Below, piece by piece: positions 61,195 through 64,000 of a stretch of 64,000 bases of DNA. Position 1 is the stretch's first letter. Every line of letters begins with the position of its first letter. The stretch is from an uncultured Candidatus Saccharibacteria bacterium (GTDB lineage Bacteria; Patescibacteriota; Dojkabacteria; J137). The DNA lies in contig OZ246402.1 in NCBI GenBank assembly GCA_965230975.1, positions 637,009-701,008 on the forward strand, written 5' to 3'. The notes under the pieces were generated by a model that had not been told where the DNA came from, did no database searches, and saw only the letters and a program-made list of their open reading frames with translations. Position numbers and translations under genes: made by a program.

Positions 61195-61331
61195 GAACTC
61201 GCGACCCACTGCTTATCCCGATAAAGCTAACTGTGGGAATCGAACCCACAACCTATCGCTTACGATGCGATTGCTCTACCAATTGAGCTAAGTCAGCTTA
61301 ATCGGGACTCTACCAGCTGAGCTAAAGTGGC
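61195..61331 (-). pseudogene. Disrupted outer tRNA (probably Thr) surrounding the intact tRNA-Thr
   Basis: 5' piece GCCACTTTAGCTCAGCTGGTAGAG (61308-61331) and 3' piece TAAGCAGTGGGTCGCGAGTTC (61195-61215). Confidence 0.75.
61225..61297 (-). tRNA. tRNA-Thr(CGT)
   Basis: GCTGACT/AGTTAGC acceptor, ATCGC-ATCGTAA-GCGAT anticodon arm, GTGGG-TTCGATT-CCCAC T arm. Confidence 0.92.
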
Positions 61332-61490
61332 ACAAATGATTATATTACAAATCTTATAGTAGTAAACCATAAAACTATTCCAATCTATCCTAGAGAATTC
61401 ATATCCTTTACATAACATAAATTACGTATCATAATAATATAGTTATAGGTTAAAACTTATAACTGAAAACTTAATACTTACAACCTGATT

Positions 61491-62534
61491 ATGTACAATC
61501 CAAAATTTAGCTATACAGATAAATTAGTATCAACTTTAGTTAAAATCGAAAACTCTAGAACTGTTTTGGCCAGCATGGACTTAACTTATGACAATAAATA
61601 CAAGCTTGCATTAAATGCAAAAACTCTAGACATGTTTCATTTAGGTCACTTTTTAGAACTAGATATGACTTTAAAAGATGCAGAAAAAATAGCAAATGGC
61701 TTAAAGTTAGATGACATTAAAGATGAAAATGCAATTAAATTAAAAAACTTTAGAGATGCAATCGATTTTACAAGATCAAATGTTTCAGATAGTTATGCAG
61801 AAGTAGATTTAAACACAATAATGCACTTTCATAAAATGGTATTGCACGGTTGGAAAAAGGGTTGGGAGTCAAAACTAAGAGGGTCAAGTGACACAATTCA
61901 AAATGATGACAATTGGTCAACACTACAAAATGCTGAGATAGAATCTGACAAAATAGAGTATGAATTATACGAATTAATTGAGTGGTATAAGAACTCTACA
62001 ATTACAATTACACCTGTAGTTAGAATCGGGATTTTTATATATAGGTTGATTGAGTTATACCCATTTGCCTTTGGTAATAAACTTACAATGCTTGCTTATG
62101 TAGATTATCTTTTGTTTAAGAATAATTATGCTAGCAAAATTTATTCTTCTGTTTTAAAGATTTTTGGTACAAATGAAATGAAGTTTTTTGAAAGTATAGA
62201 ATATTCAAGAAAGAATTTTGATTTATCAATTTGGTTAGAGGCTTTCTCTCATAGCATTTTTAGAGATTTAATGGAAATCAGGGAGCATGTAAATGAGTTT
62301 GTTAAAGCCGAAGAAAAGTCTAAAGATCAACCTTTCTTAGATTTAAATAAAAGACAATTAAAGGTTTTAAAGTACTTGCAAACTGTACCGATGTTAAAAA
62401 GAGAGGATTATTGTCACATGATGGAGGTATCCACAATGACAGCATTTAGAGATTTAAACGATTTAGTTAGAAAAAAACTATTAAAAGTAGAAGGACAGGG
62501 TAGAGGCACTAAGTATAGATTAGCTAGTATGTAA
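61491..62534 (+). CDS. Fic family protein with C-terminal wHTH, degenerate Fic motif
   Basis: YPFAFGNKLT in place of HPFxDGNGR; TAFRDL..LV....L...GQGRGTKY. Confidence 0.85.
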   Translation: MYNPKFSYTDKLVSTLVKIENSRTVLASMDLTYDNKYKLALNAKTLDMFHLGHFLELDMTLKDAEKIANGLKLDDIKDENAIKLKNFRDAIDFTRSNVSDSYAEVDLNTIMHFHKMVLHGWKKGWESKLRGSSDTIQNDDNWSTLQNAEIESDKIEYELYELIEWYKNSTITITPVVRIGIFIYRLIELYPFAFGNKLTMLAYVDYLLFKNNYASKIYSSVLKIFGTNEMKFFESIEYSRKNFDLSIWLEAFSHSIFRDLMEIREHVNEFVKAEEKSKDQPFLDLNKRQLKVLKYLQTVPMLKREDYCHMMEVSTMTAFRDLNDLVRKKLLKVEGQGRGTKYRLASM

Positions 62535-63041
62535 AGGCTGTTTTTTAATCATCTCGATTTGTGCTGGCAGTGTTTCAGGCCCAACTTTTAATACTAAAGA
62601 ACCATTTGTTTGTTCTAATAATCTACCTGTTTGTATTAAATTAAGATTAATTTTATAAAGTGGATCGGTTAAAGAATTAAATGTTACAGAACAAATACAC
62701 TCCTCTGGTTCAAAATTGAATATAACTCTCCATGATATTGCAAATTTACCTTTAATATCTTTGTATACAATTGTAACTTGCCCCATTGTTTCTTCTTCAA
62801 ATATCGGCACATATTCTATCTCCGGATCGAGTTGGAAGTTATTAGAAAATAGAATTATATCTTCGGCAATAGCTGGAATGTTTGAATTATATGGATAGTC
62901 TAAAAGTAATCCAATATTCTGTTTAACTAAGTTATATGCGATTTTTTTATATATATCAATTCTTTGCAATCTATCTACAGATTCAAATCCCATTTTATGC
63001 ATAATTCCGTCTATCATAGTGTCAACGTTGAATGATGACAC
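62520..63041 (-). CDS. Hypothetical protein
   Basis: 173-aa ORF. Confidence 0.55.
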   Translation of the reverse strand: MSSFNVDTMIDGIMHKMGFESVDRLQRIDIYKKIAYNLVKQNIGLLLDYPYNSNIPAIAEDIILFSNNFQLDPEIEYVPIFEEETMGQVTIVYKDIKGKFAISWRVIFNFEPEECICSVTFNSLTDPLYKINLNLIQTGRLLEQTNGSLVLKVGPETLPAQIEMIKKQPLHTS

Positions 63042-63073
63042 TATTTTACTATATCAGCTATGTTTTGTTAAGT

Positions 63074-63616
63074 CTATATTTCACTCATGTAAGTGTAGTA
63101 AATATAATACCTTTGGTCTTGCACGTAGATTTCCCCAACCTTTTCAGACCCAATACCATATTTTTCATGTAATGGATTTTGAAATCCTTGTTCACCCAAA
63201 TCGTTAGGATTAAGATAAAAAATAATCCTTTCACCATTAATTTGAAGTATTGGGTTATCTTTAGTATTAAATATTACTTTAATAGAACTGTCGTTACTGT
63301 TATTGCCATTCGGTATCATTACTGAAATTTCTAGGCTATCATCTACTGCAAAATTGAAGTCATAGTTATACCTAGAGATAGGTTTATCAACTAATTTAAG
63401 ATTATTAACAAATAATTCAGTATCTAGTAAAAGCTTATGAAATATATCTTCTAATATTATTTTATTGTATTTAAATAATCTAGAATTACTATCTTTTAAT
63501 AAAGCTATAAATTCAACTAAAAAGATAGATAAAATATTTCTGGCCTCCAATTCTGTTACCCCTATCTCTTGAGTCTTTTGACCTATGCGTTTTGCAAAGT
63601 TAGTAATTATTTGCAT
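63074..63616 (-). CDS. Hypothetical protein
   Basis: 180-aa ORF abutting the glyQS stop. Confidence 0.55.
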   Translation of the reverse strand: MQIITNFAKRIGQKTQEIGVTELEARNILSIFLVEFIALLKDSNSRLFKYNKIILEDIFHKLLLDTELFVNNLKLVDKPISRYNYDFNFAVDDSLEISVMIPNGNNSNDSSIKVIFNTKDNPILQINGERIIFYLNPNDLGEQGFQNPLHEKYGIGSEKVGEIYVQDQRYYIYYTYMSEI

Positions 63617-64000
63617 TTAAGCAAAACACTCTTTTAAATATGTAGGCAAATCTTCTATCTTAATTCTTTCTTGCTTCATTGTGTCTCTATCCCTAATTGT
63701 CACAGCATTATCATTTAAAGAATCAAAGTCGATAGTTACACAGTATGGTGTTCCAATCTCATCTTGTCTTCTATATCTTTTACCAATAGATGCTGTTTCA
63801 TCGTATTGAGTCATGTAATCTTTTCTTATTAAGTTTTGAACTTCTAGTGCTTTGGCTTGTAATTCTGGTTTCTTAGATAAAGGCAATATTGCAACCTTGA
63901 TTGGAGCTAATGATTTTTTTAGCTTTAATACAACTCTAGAGTCTTTTTCTCCGTTTGAGTTTGTTAATTCCTCTTCTGTCCATGCTTCTTCTAAAACCAT
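63617..64000 (-). CDS. glyQS: Glycine-tRNA ligase (alpha2 type), C-terminal anticodon-binding domain, partial
   Basis: LAPIKVAILPL, SIGKRYRRQDEIGTPYCVTIDF, TIRDRDTMKQER. Confidence 0.93.
   Translation of the reverse strand: MVLEEAWTEEELTNSNGEKDSRVVLKLKKSLAPIKVAILPLSKKPELQAKALEVQNLIRKDYMTQYDETASIGKRYRRQDEIGTPYCVTIDFDSLNDNAVTIRDRDTMKQERIKIEDLPTYLKECFA

Noticed and set aside
61195-61331. Spliceable tRNA intron restoring the outer tRNA
   Set aside because: The outer gene lacks the 5' anticodon stem and the 3' T-arm/acceptor strand, so excision would not give a complete tRNA
2991-63207. Short ORF-track entries nested in or antisense to long genes (e.g. 6916, 8656, 12532, 22493, 30092, 39642, 42371)
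   Set aside because: Shadow frames of well-supported genes with atypical composition
1-64000. CRISPR array or rRNA
   Set aside because: No regularly spaced repeats or rRNA-like sequence seen by eye
1-64000. Genome-wide UGA recoding (code 4/25)
   Set aside because: Long conserved genes are open in code 11 and TGA is used as a real stop (e.g. 7732, 19165, 23214); only one in-frame TGA was found

Overview
AT-rich bacterial chromosome segment in the standard genetic code. The gene set (alpha2-type glycyl-tRNA ligase, a VirB4-like two-gene pair, short Mfd, many orphan ORFs) suggests a Patescibacteria/CPR genome; this is inference. The left third (about 3.6-24.1 kb, possibly starting near 0.7 kb) is a genomic island next to the 3' end of tRNA-Ser(GGA). 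It carries a LexA-like repressor, a Zn-ribbon gene broken by one in-frame TGA, and defence cargo: HEPN-like plus PD-(D/E)XK genes, a CBASS-like operon (TM protein, CD-NTase, E2/SEC-C) and a PLD-SNF2 helicase coupled to a type IIG R-M enzyme. It also carries a ParB-methylase/terminase/serine recombinase module with no portal, capsid or tail genes, a prohead-protease-like/DUF4160 fusion, and two collinear integration scars. The rest is mostly housekeeping (uvrA, mfd, ychF, ppaC, murG, UvrD-nuclease, glyQS) interleaved with orphans. Two further highlights are a 973-aa soluble RyR-like + NUDT9-like + SLOG protein combining the two ADP-ribose modules of TRPM2, and an intact tRNA-Thr(CGT) nested, between inverted repeats, inside a disrupted tRNA gene. 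All domain calls come from motif recognition by eye; no searches were run.
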